A stretch of 62,974 bases of DNA, counting the filler, from Licmophora abbreviata (taxonomy: Eukaryota), in the NCBI GenBank assembly GCA_900291995.1. It is 29 parts of 29 records of this genome, joined end to end, with 100 filler letters (N's around TTAATTAATTAA, not from the genome) between each part and the next. Parts side by side here need not be neighbours in the genome. Positions count along the whole stretch, not along the records: positions 31,992 to 35,843 come from OLMU01005568.1; positions 35,944 to 37,801 come from OLMU01005569.1; positions 37,902 to 40,804 come from OLMU01005570.1; positions 40,905 to 43,009 come from OLMU01005571.1; positions 43,110 to 45,195 come from OLMU01005575.1; positions 45,296 to 47,999 come from OLMU01005577.1; 23 more parts are not named here. One strand, given 5' to 3'. The notes beneath the pieces are model-generated. The model did not search any database, was not told the origin of the DNA, and worked only from the letters and a program-made list of their open reading frames with translations. A program made the position numbers and the translations under genes. Of this stretch, positions 35,324 to 48,099 are shown piece after piece (the first letter of the stretch is position 1; each line of letters opens with the position of its first letter).

Positions 35324-38300
35324 CTAGAAATCATCAAAGTTCCACCCGTCGCTGTCGTCATCTTCTATTGCATCAGCTTGGCCTTCCTTTCCATCACGAG
35401 CATCCGTCTTCGGTGGGACGGGTCGCGTTTTCAAAACAGACGAGGCTTGTACGCGAGAACGAAGTGGGTAGCGAGGCGTTGGCGTTGTCGCATCACCTTG
35501 TTTATTGGCCCGTGATTGCTCTAGAAGACGCCTGCCTTCTTCAATAAGACGCTTCCGTTCTTCCTTGTCGACGATTGCGGATGCACTCTTGGACATATCG
35601 CGAGCAGCTTCACCCTGTTGACGGAGTGCCGATCGGTCAGACCGGGCAGGTGAGGGAGCTGATCTCGGAGTCGAACCGGTTTGTGGGAGGCTTCTCATGC
35701 TTCGGGTTATAGCACCCGATCCAGCAGTCGCCACATCGAGTCTCTTGGTGACAGCAGATATTGTCGGGTGGCGAACTGATGCTGAGGGAGGAGGATCTCG
35801 GGGTTTTGAGACGGCGCCGCTCGGCGCCTGCGGGACACGAGATNNNNNNNNNNNNNNNNNNNNNNNNNNNNNNNNNNNNNNNNNNNNTTAATTAATTAAN
35901 NNNNNNNNNNNNNNNNNNNNNNNNNNNNNNNNNNNNNNNNNNNATCAACGCCGCACGCTTCCATTCGGCCGAAGCGCCAGCTCTTACCAATGCACCGTTA
36001 GGAGTAAGAACCTTCTTTCGCAATTGAGTGTCCTCTGGAGACTGAACCTGGCGACATGGCAAGAGAGTACCCAGGGCTACCGCTCCTTCGGATGATTTCC
36101 GCATCGACTCCAGGGTGTCTTGCACAGTTTTAATGACAGTCTGTTCCAAGGATCGTGGACCTAGCGCGGAACCGTCCTGCGATGCAAGAAAAACCATCGG
36201 ATCATCGAAACCCGGTTGCAATGTGTGGCTCACAGCCCATGCCAAAGCAGCCTCATAACTCTCGTTCCCGCTCATGATAGCTGATCGCCGGGCACCATTC
36301 TCGGAGTATCCACGCCCGACAAGGCCCCGAACTATCTCTGGATCAGGAAAAAGAAGACTTGGCTCCGCAGACGTGCGCTCCATTCCTGCAGACATCTGCT
36401 GTACGACGATTTCTTTCATCTCATCGGCAGTGGACCTCAGCTCTTTCGTATCAATCATCTGTAGGAGGAGCGACGCGGCTAGGCCGACAAAATCCCTGGA
36501 GACCGATCGTTCGCGAGAATTGTGAAGGCTTCCTTGGCGACCGCCGACAGCGTCTGAAATGCACCAGAACATAATCAATCGACCTAGCGCGAGAAGCAAT
36601 GGGTCATCAAGATCAGCAGAGGCAGACTTGGCTTGGAGGATCGAGAACAGAACATGAATATCTGTTGAATAGTCTGTCAAAATAGACCGATATACCTGAA
36701 CAGCTGGGTCCACTGCCAACGGAGAATCAACGATATGCACGGGAGGTTCGACCTTTGAAGCTCCCGGAAGAGCCGACACGCGCCTTGCAACCATCCCGGC
36801 AGCACGAAACACGAAAAAGTCTGCCTGAGGCCGCGACTGAGAAGATGCTTGTCTCACATTGTCACTTTCTGCAGACCGACCGAAGAGGACTTCCCGATTG
36901 TCAGTACTAGCCGATGCGTGAAGGCAGCTAATCTGACTCTCGAGAACCGGGAACGACAACAGGACTGATTCGAGGGCCTCATCGGCAATTTCTGACACCA
37001 ACCTCTTAGAATACGAGAACACTCCAAGGCACAGATTCATTTTCGTCAAAATATCTTCGTAAGCTTCCATCGACAGCACTTCCGAGACCGTGTTCAGTAT
37101 TAGTACAGAAGTATCCTCCACGTCTAGTAAAGAGTCCGTTTCATACAGCATAGTGAGGCACACAGCAGCCGCAGCACCGAAAACGCAGGATCTCAATGCG
37201 TAATGAACGATCCGTGCCTTGACGACCAACTGAGAGAGTTCGTCGGACTGCCCTAGCATTCTGGCGAGATGTAGCACAGCTGATCCTGGGAGGGTAGGTA
37301 GACCTTCACCTTGCCTAGATGCCATCTCCGCACCTGGATTTTCGAGCGAGCGATAATGGGTATGGATCGCACGGTTTGCATTGCTAGCAAATGGCGGGTC
37401 CCTCCAATCGACACAACCTTCCAGCACACAGAATGGATTGGATGCCAGAACCTGCTCGATAGTGTCGATTGGTGGTATATCCCGGATCTCCCCCGGATGA
37501 ACCCCAACCCTGTCCTCTGCACGATTCAGGACAGAGTTTACAAAGTGGGCAGCATCAAGATACCGCCGCATCGAGCTGAACTCGACTTGTAGACCCGGAA
37601 AGAGTGGAAGCAGAATGTCCTGACATTGTATTGCAGAATGCACACGAGACTTGCTAGACGTGGAAGACTCGCCTTCAGAAAACATGCACTCGTTCGCGAA
37701 CGCCTGGACAATGGCCTGAATCCGCTGCCTCTCAAATAAAGTGCCCCGTATCTTTTCAGAAATCTCACCCACCACGTCGAATTTTCCTTTTTGAAGCAAA
37801 GNNNNNNNNNNNNNNNNNNNNNNNNNNNNNNNNNNNNNNNNNNNNTTAATTAATTAANNNNNNNNNNNNNNNNNNNNNNNNNNNNNNNNNNNNNNNNNNN
37901 NCCACGTCGAATTTTCCTTTTTGAAGCAAAGGCTTGATTAGATCGAATTCGAGAGCCGACGACAAGTTCAGCGTCTTGTTGAATGTTACATCCCGAAGCT
38001 GTTCCACATCGGATAGGAAGGCGCCTACGAGGCGTGACGTATCAGCAGCTGCAGCGGCTTTCGGGGAGACAGATACCTCAACGCAGAAGGCGCGGCAAAG
38101 CTTGGACATGGTTGCGAGAGACTGCATGTCGGAACTCGGCTGGTTGGCGCTGATGAGGTCGTTCAGAGTCGATATTGAGTCAGCAATCGACCAACTAGAA
38201 AGAATGTCAACCCCCACCAGGCTTCGATAGAGGCTGTCCACTTGGTTGAACAAGGATGCCTGAACTGGGAGCTCATCACGTGGAGAGCGAACCGGCACGC

Positions 38301-41300
38301 ATTCGTAGATTTCCCATAACACATCGACAATGAAGCGGCAATCCGAGGGCAATAGAGAAAGAAACTCGCAGGTGCGACCGCACTGAGATATGACCTGAAC
38401 GGCGAATGCCACCAAAAGCGATATGTCTCTGATGAGTCTTCGCGGCGAAGCAATCGACAGTCGACTGGCCTTCGCAACGGCTGCACAAAACGAAAGCGCG
38501 TTGCGCACCGCCTCAACAGCATTCGAACCTTCTCTAGTGTGTCGCGCAAGCTTAGGAGATCCACTGACAAGCCCAAGGCAGTACTCAACAACAAATTCGT
38601 CCACTGAAGTTTCCTGGTTCGGAGTACAAAAGTGATCCAAGGAGTCTAACAGTGGTTTCACAAACGATTCGAACTTTGAGAACATTTTCGTAGATTCATC
38701 CGGTGGCCCGAGCAGCAAAGAAATCACATCGATGCGCTTCATGCAAAGCAAGTCGTTAATACTGACTTGCAGAAGTGAGGAAGAAGCATATGTTGATGAC
38801 AGGTGTGTTCCGCCATCGAGAAGTGCGAGGTCGAGACTCGAGGCTACAACGCACAGAGAATTCAACTCTCGTACTTTATCTGGGATCTTCTGCCCCGACG
38901 ATGACTCGAGAGGAAAGTTCAGGCATTTCAGTACGTAGTCGCAAAACGACGCAACAAGAGACGGACTTCCAGTTGCCTGATCTATCCGGAAGGCCCGGAT
39001 GCGAGCCCAGTCTGCTACAGACATCCGCCGCTCGTCGTCAGAAGGCCAGTGGGCCTCTGTCGACTTTTTGCCGACGAGATTCTCATCGAAGGCGTCCATA
39101 TAAGGACTCTGACCATACTCATCCTCGAAGAAGACGCCAAGCTGAGACCATTGAAGAAAGCACACTTCCTCTCCCTCTGGCACGCAGAAATACTTGCTTT
39201 CACTCGCACTAGCTCGCCAAGCTGGAATCAAGTGGCAAAAAGTCGAAGGATGAATAGCCAGCGGGATATGCGACAATATTTTCAGCCAGGAAGATGTGAA
39301 TTCTCCGTAACTTCGGCACAGCAGCAACGTCACTGCCGGTACATCTCCCATCGACGCAAACGACGACGCCAATTTTTCCAATGGGATGCCCAGAAATTGC
39401 TCTTGAAAGCTCACAAAGGTCGGTACGATATCGTACAAGCGGCATAGCAAGAGAAAAGTTGACAGTTGCAAGTAATTGGAGCGCAATAGCGCCTTCATGT
39501 CCTCCACGCCATCCAGACCTCCGACTTGAAGTGCAGAAGCTAGTCGAACACTCTCTAAGCGCACTAAAGTCGCCTTCGTCAACTCTAAGACCGACTCCAA
39601 AGAATCAACACCAAGAAAGTGAGTTGAATCTGCTTCTCTCGTGTAGATCCTGAGCAACTCTCTACTAGTGTAAGTAGCGTCCGAAACGGATCGAAGGCTC
39701 TGGACACTTCCATCTCGTTCCCACAGCCGCTGATGACACTTCTCGATGAGACTTTGGAATCGACTGTCCTTTCCCATGTCGACCGCATCAACAAGAGAAA
39801 TGGCCCTCTGAAAGCTTCCTACTTGCATCAGCGATTCAACTATGACTCTCAAGTCCAAAGCTCCCAAAGCAAGAAAGCGAAATAGTGTCTGCTTCAGCGT
39901 GGGCTGCCGCCGATACATCGCGAGCCCGAGACGGCCATCACTATCAAGATCAAGAACGCTCATCCCCAGATGAGACAGTTCTTGTTCAAGCGTACCAAGC
40001 ACTTTATTCTCACCATCACGGTCAAAGCTGAGAGTAAGAAGCCGGCCCAGCTCCTTCACAACCAGCAACGTGTGCGCCGATCCAGGTCCTCTTGAATCCC
40101 CAAGCCAACCTATGTCGGCAATATGCTCGCAATGGCTTTTCTCGAGAGCTGACATTCCCATTATGCTTCGCTCAAGTATGAGTCGAATCGGAGCGGCCCC
40201 TTGATCTTCCGACTCATACATTGCTTCGTATTGACCTTTCGAAATGGCCTGTACCGCTAGTCTCACAACTTCAGAACAGTTCAGGGCTGAAACAGCGCCA
40301 TTGGCGTCCAAGATGGCAAGTAGGACAGGATCTTGCTGGTAAGGATCTGAAGGGCGACTGAAGCGCATCCGGGCGATTGGGGAAGCCACAGTCAATGTGG
40401 ATATGGAAGGCCCTCCGAGCAGGGTCTCCGACCGGTTGCTTTCATTGGCACGGGACTTTTGTTGATTGGTTGCCCCAGACGTCTCCCCGGCAGACCTTAG
40501 TTCTACATGGCGTGCTCTTCGCCAATGACGTAAGATCGCATCATTGGTAAAGATTGTCATGTCAGCGCCCTCAGCATCCAGTTGAATTCCATCCAAGAAG
40601 GCAACGTGCAGCGAAAAATGACTGGGAATGTCGGGGTTTTGAAACACAGTCGTTAAACCCCAAAACGTCACTACCTCGCCAGGTCGTTCGTGCCGGCCGC
40701 ATGCGGCGAGCACGTACTCAGACGGAGGAGCATCCGGGAAGGCTTGCTCATCCCATTCAGTGTCACCCCTCACAGACGTTCGGAATATCTCCAGACCCAT
40801 AATANNNNNNNNNNNNNNNNNNNNNNNNNNNNNNNNNNNNNNNNNNNNTTAATTAATTAANNNNNNNNNNNNNNNNNNNNNNNNNNNNNNNNNNNNNNNN
40901 NNNNCTCCAGACCCATAATATCCACGTGGTGATCGGAAGTCATGATTGCAGCAATATTCGCTGCCGACTCCAATACATTGGGAACACTTCCGACGCAGTA
41001 GTGCTCTTGCGGACGCTTTCGTTTCCGGCGAGGCGATCTATGATTCTTGGTCGTCAGAACAGGTCCATTCCACATATTGCCTGGTAAGGGGACTAGCTCC
41101 ATGAACCCTCCAAGCCGTGCGATGGCTAGAGTAGCGATAGTTTCCGACCCACTGGGTGCATCAACAAGGAGGAGAACCATATCTGCGATACACAAAAGGC
41201 TCGACATTGCTAACCCTCCTCCATCCTGAAGCGCAAAAAGATCTGGCATGTTGTCCAGAACGAGCTGCGATGGAGAAATCATACCCACGCACTCCCATGC

Positions 41301-42071
41301 CACTTGAAAGGCGGCATTACTTTTTTCCGACTTGTTGATGCGACGATAAATACAAACAACACCGTCCGGAAAGCCCCAAGACACCGCGACACAGTTCTGG
41401 CTGATACAGGTCCCCCGTACATAGCTCGGATCATATGATGACTTTCCAATGAGCGACGATCTGTAGGCCAACAGATCCTCTCGGTCCGAAGTGTGCCTGA
41501 TCAGTGGGTCGTTCGTATCATCGAGAGGAACCTCGGCAATTTCCCCAAGTCCAATGACAACGAGTCCGTTCGAGCCACGAATAGCGTTTGGTCTATTTCC
41601 CCTCGTTATACGAGACACCAGATGAAACCGTGCCGAAGCATGAGCCTCTGGTGGAATACAAGACGACTCCACCATGGATGTGCTCCCACACAGGGCCATT
41701 TCTACCTGCGGGGCACAATCCTCGCCGACATCCTCGCTGTAGACGAGTATCTCATCTTCCTTCGGAGCCTCATCCTTCTTTTCTACTACCGGCTCTTCCA
41801 CCTGCTTGCTCCTCCATAAGAAAGCAAACGGGCTGCGTCGCTTGTTACCTCGCCTTGTCGACGCGTCGATTTGCTCAGCATGCGTAGCATGATAATGCGC
41901 TTCCATGAGTCGATCCCGCTCGGCGTATTCTTCCGCGAGGTTCGGATTGGGATACAGTTCCGCATAGGATTGGTAAATTTCAGTGATTTCATGTCGGATG
42001 TCATCCTCAGATGACGTCTCCCCGACCTGGACTGGCGCCGAACAAGACACAAGCGCGTAGTTGGATGCCAT
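35324..42071 (-). CDS. NBAS/Sec39-like ER tethering subunit, very large, spanning four fragments, with a UBA domain near the C-terminus
   Basis: Beta-propeller-like N-terminal region; Sec39-like LKILSHIPLAIHPSTFCHLIP and WARIRAFRIDQATG. Fragments overlap by about 30 bp (37772-37801 = 37902-37931) and 16 bp (40789-40804 = 40905-40920) across spacers. Confidence 0.7.
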
Positions 42072-42476
42072 TGTGCTGCGGCTACACAAAGGGTGATGCG
42101 GACGCGGTGTTCTCCGTGTGGTCACCCGTCGAACTTTTTTCCAAGCGTTCTCAAGGGATCCGCACCTCAAGACAAGCACACGCACCAGCCAGAGATGCAA
42201 AGGCCATGTGCAGAGAGGAGAGCTTTCAAGGAGCCGCCGTCGAAACCATCCGTCGTGCCGTCATTGTGGACTGTCCTCACAGGATGGCGATGGCGCGTAC
42301 GTACGTCTGTCCTCTCGAACGTCGACCGACTGCAAGACCGACATCATGCATCGCATTGCGATCGCGATGAAGTGCCGCCGCGACTGTGAGATGCGATGAC
42401 AACCGTGAGTATGAGAACGACGACAAGATGAATGCGGCGAGACAAGACTATTCATTGGATTGAAAATCGCGATCCG

Positions 42477-43009
42477 ATGGGGGAAGAGAGCCCTGAAAAG
42501 AGCGCGAGCGATGTGCTTATCCACGAGCGACAGAGTCTGCAGCTATGTGCCATCCATGCATTGAACAATCTGCTACAGCTGTCGGAAGACTCCCGGGATA
42601 TGCCATGGAGGTGTGGATCCATGGTAGTCCCTAGGACTGTGTCACAGCTTGCCGTAGCCACCAAATCAGAGTTCGATCAGATCGCTGATGAGCTCTGCGT
42701 CGCTGAGAACGACCTTTTGGCGGTACGACAAGACGCATCTGAACATGACTCGCAGAAAGAACAGACCAGGACTGCAGGCGGGATGTCACTATACGACAAG
42801 CTCACCAGCTCTCACAGGACCATTCTTTTCGGTAACTACAGCTATGAGGTCCTTCAGGTGGCTTTCGGAAACAGAGAAGTTGAACTGTCGTGGTTTGTCC
42901 CCGACTCTGTCACTACAATGCTTGCAGTAAATCCTGGAGAGCGTGCCGCTGGCTTCATCGTCAATGCCAAAGTGGAAGAAGCCTTTGGTACGAATGGCTA
43001 TCTGCAACG
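42477..43009 (+). CDS. Josephin-domain deubiquitinase, 5' part
   Basis: HERQSLQLCAIHALNNLLQ (catalytic Cys), EFDQIADEL, GNYSYEVL. Confidence 0.88.
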
Positions 43010-43446
43010 NNNNNNNNNNNNNNNNNNNNNNNNNNNNNNNNNNNNNNNNNNNNTTAATTAATTAANNNNNNNNNNNNNNNNNNNNNNNNNNNNNNNNNNN
43101 NNNNNNNNNTTGTTATGCTCACGCTATACGGGTTTCTAAGGGACGACAAGGGAGAACGAGCAAGCGCCGGGCCAGAAGGCCAGACCATGGCATCTTCGCT
43201 CCGTGAGAGGAAGTCCTCTCACAAGTCGGATTTCGATCACCGTGGTGAGACGAGCCTCTTGGTATTGAAGTAAGTCCAATTACTGTACCAGCGCAAAAGG
43301 GACTCGCCTCACGTTCATCGGACAGTTGAATTTTTGCAATGATTGTTGGTGAAGATATTTTGTCGATACTGCGTTGACATTCAATTTGTTTTTTTATTTA
43401 TAGTTACTATTTATACAATCAAGTTGCAACAATGTACCAGAGAGTT

Positions 43447-43522
43447 GGACGTGTAGCTCAGCCTTGGCAGTAGCACTGGATTCCAGACCCAGAGGTCGCG
43501 TGTTCGAATCACGTCGCGTTCA
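43447..43522 (+). tRNA. tRNA-Trp (anticodon CCA at 43483-43485)
   Basis: Acceptor GGACGTG/CGCGTTC+A, A-box TAGCTCAG..TGG, T arm GCGTG-TTCGAAT-CACGT, anticodon loop TTCCAGA. Confidence 0.92.
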
Positions 43523-43523
43523 C

Positions 43524-43529
43524 TTTTTT
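43524..43529 (+). terminator. Pol III oligo-T terminator
   Basis: TTTTTT immediately after the tRNA. Confidence 0.75.
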
Positions 43530-44816
43530 ATGCCTATACCCGGTATGATACCACACAACCTCACAAAGTTCTCTAAGATCGATTGCCTGCCTCCAAAACT
43601 CGCACTCTTTATTTGACTAGTTGATTCTCGTTTTATCTACGTGCATTTGGCGTGTAGGGGATTCTCATCTTTCCTGGTATTGCCCAAGTTCAATCTAGAG
43701 TATCAGTCAGTCAGAACCTCCAAATTTTGTAGCTGTAGCAAGCAGCATGGATCTATCTCACAGACCATAGGCAGCCCAACACGAGCCCCCGCGCATCAGC
43801 TCTTATCAATCCTGAGCTGCTACTTTTCAGTCGAAGCCCAGCATTTTTTTCCAGCAAGAGAAGATTTCCTTCCCTTCGAGCTCGTTTACCAGGCTTCCTC
43901 ATGTTGAATGTGGTGTTGATACCATCTACGGGTACCGGTACAGACCGCCCTCTCCCTCGCTCTACTCAAAGGAGCATCATTTATTATATTCATCGTAGAA
44001 TTACTGGTACTTCGAAATACATAATTGGTGAGCTCCCGAATCGAATCAATCAGAATCAGGTGCACATGACACATCGGTTGACGCGACGTCTCAAAAGCAC
44101 CAGAGAACTCACAAAATCACACCTTGCAATCCTGTCCAATCTCCCATCTCCAAACTCATCGCCCTTCTTGCTTCCTACCGTCAAGACGTACGTGTTGTGT
44201 GCGGTGATGTGCGGTCCGTTCTCATTTCGTTTATGGAGCTTTCTTCCCTTCTTCACTGCAAAGTTCGAAAGTTCATTTTCGAGTTTTCTCGTTCCTGTAC
44301 TTGTTCTGTGAGAGGTAGAAGTTCCTTCTTGTGCTGTACGATCACGTAAAATCACTACTGCGCAGAGGAATCCGTGTACCTTCTTCTCGCGAGTTTTCGG
44401 AAAGAGAACATCTGACGCCAACCTTGACGGAAGGATTGGAATGCTTGTGAATGCGCATATCATAGATCTTCTTGCAGCGGCTGATGCATTGTGGGCAAGG
44501 ATCCACCATCGCAGCATAGTACTTGTAGCTCGTCTGACAGGACCGATGTTTGACGGTTTCGAATGTTCTTCGAGATGTCGCGGTCGCGGTCGCGATCAAA
44601 CATCATGAATATCGTCGGAGCAATTTCAATTGCTCGACCTTGCTCTCTCCTAAGCTCACGGATCGTTCTCTGTCCCTTTATTTTTCATCTGTCATCAGTA
44701 GGATCACACGTACAGATTGTTGGATTCCCTGAGCTTGATACGTGACACCCTTTGGACAAGGCACGATTCAGTCGCCATACGTTCTTCGCATATTCCAGTG
44801 ACTGAGAGGAACAAGC

Positions 44817-45195
44817 ATGTCAACCGGTGAGTTTCGAAGTTGTTGTTGAGCTGCTCGACACTTCCGGGGATGATTGCGCACCGGCAGGCCGCTTCTCATT
44901 ACAGGGCTTCCATCCCTCACTTCCGCCTACACCTCCCAATTTGCAGCCCCGACGAATGAACCACAGAGGAGAGAGACCAGCAACAACCCCGTTCGCCTTT
45001 CCACTGATTCTCCCCGCAGCGGTGCGACAGCTGCCCCTGTAAGTAACTCCCTCGCTTCATTTACTAGAATTCCCAGCCGTCAGTCATCAGCATCTGGTCT
45101 ACCAGTTGAGGACATTTCGTCGTTTCCATCATCATCATCACCATCATCATCGCTCGCTCGACACTCCTCGGCTTCTGATCAACCCTCACACAACC
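44817..45195 (+). CDS. Hypothetical Ser-rich protein, 5' fragment; intron about 44827-44904
   Basis: ATG TCA ACC G|GTGAG...TTACAG|GG splices into the open frame that runs to the spacer. Confidence 0.4.
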
Positions 45196-45587
45196 NNNNN
45201 NNNNNNNNNNNNNNNNNNNNNNNNNNNNNNNNNNNNNNNTTAATTAATTAANNNNNNNNNNNNNNNNNNNNNNNNNNNNNNNNNNNNNNNNNNNNCGACT
45301 CGGCAGTTCTGCTCTCCAGCGAAGAAGCTCTGACACGTTCTTCGGAGGACCGGCGATGCCCCCGTTGTAGACTAGATAGCTACTATTTGTCTTGAGAGCT
45401 TCTTCCTCGAAGAGTGGGACGTAGCGAATTTTCTAATTAAACTTTTAATTCATTGCCACGATGGAAGTACTTCTTGCACTAGCTCTCCTCGTACCATTTC
45501 CGTTCTGGCTTGTTCCACACTGTCTTAAACATGAAATACAACTTCGGCGACTTCCTCACAGGGTGCTCTCCATTCCAAGGTTCTACT

Positions 45588-46496
45588 CTAGGTACCAGTT
45601 GCTCGTTTGTTCCATTTCCGAAGGCAACCGAGCTTTCGCAGCTTTCGACTTCTAATTCTGTAAGGGCTGCCGACAGGTTTCCCACCTGAGGATGACCCGG
45701 ACGTTGAAATGGTTGGCGGATGCGATTCGATGGTTCGCTTAGGTTCTATTGTGGCGCTAGTGGAATCTCTATTGGGGGCATAAGTTTGTTCGGACTTCTC
45801 CATGGTACGAAACGTCATCTGCTCTAGGACAGTCGTCCTTGAGATTCTCTTCGGAGATGAAGTAGTTCGGTGCTCGATGGTGCGGCCCTTGGCGTTTTCG
45901 GCCGTCGACCGACGGTGAGTAGACTTGCTACTTGAATGCGGCAGGAGGACATCCCCATTCATGGGCGGGGACGCAGGACCATACCCTTCAATAGTCTGAG
46001 CTTGCGACGGCCTTCGCCCAGGGGGAGAATGAACCATGTTCTCGAGCGTTAGAGAAGACAATGCAGAGATGTTATCGTCGAAACTATCTTGCTCGGCTGC
46101 TGGCACAGAGACTATTTCCCCTTCTCGGTGAACAGGTTCAGGCCTGCAGCGACCGCTTCGAGACGACTTCCGTCGTTTGGTGACGGCTTCGCGCTTTTGA
46201 ACGACATCAGACATTGGACTTCGGAAGGCGTCAGCGAAACGTGTTGAGCGAAGGAAGAAGGCTGCGGTACTCACGACGCTGTTGCAAGAGCTGAAGGCTG
46301 CACTAAAAAAAGACGGAATATCGGGTTCCGGAGATCTTGCGTCAACGACGGGATCTTCAGGTGCGAAGAAGTATGGAATGCCCCACGCCTCATTCTGTCC
46401 ACTTTCTTCCTTCAGGGACGAAACAGCCCCGACGGCAGGTTCCTGCCGTTTGTAATTAAGTTTGCTCGGTGACCCCATACCGGTACAGGTCGGCAT
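45588..46496 (-). CDS. Hypothetical low-complexity protein
   Basis: 302-aa ORF rich in S/R/P; no family motif seen, ends uncertain. Confidence 0.45.
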   Translation of the reverse strand: MPTCTGMGSPSKLNYKRQEPAVGAVSSLKEESGQNEAWGIPYFFAPEDPVVDARSPEPDIPSFFSAAFSSCNSVVSTAAFFLRSTRFADAFRSPMSDVVQKREAVTKRRKSSRSGRCRPEPVHREGEIVSVPAAEQDSFDDNISALSSLTLENMVHSPPGRRPSQAQTIEGYGPASPPMNGDVLLPHSSSKSTHRRSTAENAKGRTIEHRTTSSPKRISRTTVLEQMTFRTMEKSEQTYAPNRDSTSATIEPKRTIESHPPTISTSGSSSGGKPVGSPYRIRSRKLRKLGCLRKWNKRATGT

Positions 46497-47356
46497 ACAA
46501 AAGTCCGTCGATCTACAAAAATCTTGTCTTGTGCCGTAGCTGCACGCAATGGAGCCGCAGTTGACTTCAAGTGTTAACCACCTCTCCTCCTGGGTCGCTG
46601 GACGACGATAGACCTCGTTTCAACCGGGAGCTACTGTTCCTGCACTGTCATCAATCAAGTGATGCACATGAAAAAGTGTAATGGTGAAGTTGGCAAGGAA
46701 AACAAGCTGTCACGCTATCACATAGAGGAGCGGCTGTAAATCGACAAGACTCATAGAAATTTTGCTAGAACTATACTACGTACAAGGCTGAAGGGTACTA
46801 TACGAGTTTCCCGCCAAAACTCAAAACTCAACTCTTGTGTGTATGTCGCAGTATACATATCATAATATACACAAAGAATGGTCCGAGCCAGCCGCGCTGA
46901 AGAATGCGGGTTCACGATTGTGCCTGAGGTATGATGCAATTATACCGGTACCCTGGTACCAACCATGGAGAGTACCGTACCGCCGTAAAGTACCATAACA
47001 GGATCATACCACCAGTACCTGTACCTGGTGCCGCTACTGGCAACCAGGTATGATATGGGTGTTGGTGAGGTTTAGGGAAGACCCAATATCGAATCGAATC
47101 CTGGTACTGGCTAGACCTAGCAACCTGTAGCAACTTACCACCTTACAAGTGCGAAAGAGGGCTGTCGAAGATGATGGGTAAGGAGCAGGTCTAACCCACG
47201 GTGATAGATTTGTAGGGGTACCGTTTATGCTTGTTTATGCGTACCAGGCATTACTCTCAACCTCACGGCACCATCTGCGGAGAGACATCGCCTCATCTGC
47301 TGACAGTCTGTCGGTACTTGCACAAACTATCTCTATGATCGTACTGGTAGAGCTCT

Positions 47357-47999
47357 CTAGTGGCCCAGCGCAGCCAGAGCTTCTTTCAGTCTAGCAGCCC
47401 CGACGTTAGTGTCCTTGCTTTTCAACGCAGATAGTGCGAACTTCGTCAACTCGATCGCATCGGAAAGCTGGGCTTTCGAGACGTTTCCAGTCGGAGCCTT
47501 CTTCTTGCCCATTCCGAACAACCCGGTCGACTTTTTCACTGGAGGGAGAGGTGTGGAGCTTTTGGCAACAGGCTTTATCGGTGGTCGGTTCATAGGCGGT
47601 GGTGGATCATGCCCAAACACTTCTTCCGGTGGCGAGACTGGGTCACTTCCTGGATATGCCGGTGGTGCTCCCAGGCCGACTTCCGTGCCTTCCAGCGACC
47701 TTTCGTCCTCTTCCTCTACCTTTCTCGCCTCTTCTTCTTCTTCTTCTTCGTCGTCATCCTCCTCGACAGTTTCCACTGGAGGCAGGAAGGGCATAGGAAT
47801 CGATGGCGCGGGTGGGAGGAAGGTATCTGCTTTCCCCTCCTCTTCAGGTTCCGTTTCCTCCTCTTCCTGATTGTCTGCTTCTCCGTACCCTCCTGGCGTT
47901 GGCTCTCGTCCCTCCTTGATGGCTTTCAAATATTTCCGTCGCCTTCCACTTGCTGTACACAGTGCGCTCCTTCTCCTCTTGCTGCTCTTCCGACGGTTC
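47357..47999 (-). CDS. VTA1: VTA1/LIP5 ESCRT regulator, 3' part
   Basis: YSKWKATEILKAIKEGREPTPG (end of MIT region), acidic/Pro linker, VSL domain DAIELTKFALSALKSKD..AARLKEAL. Confidence 0.88.
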
Positions 48000-48099
48000 N
48001 NNNNNNNNNNNNNNNNNNNNNNNNNNNNNNNNNNNNNNNNNNNTTAATTAATTAANNNNNNNNNNNNNNNNNNNNNNNNNNNNNNNNNNNNNNNNNNNN

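Noticed and set aside
43530..44800. Integrated element next to the tRNA
   Set aside because: No integrase or transposase motif and no duplicated tRNA 3' end seen; only short unconvincing ORFs.
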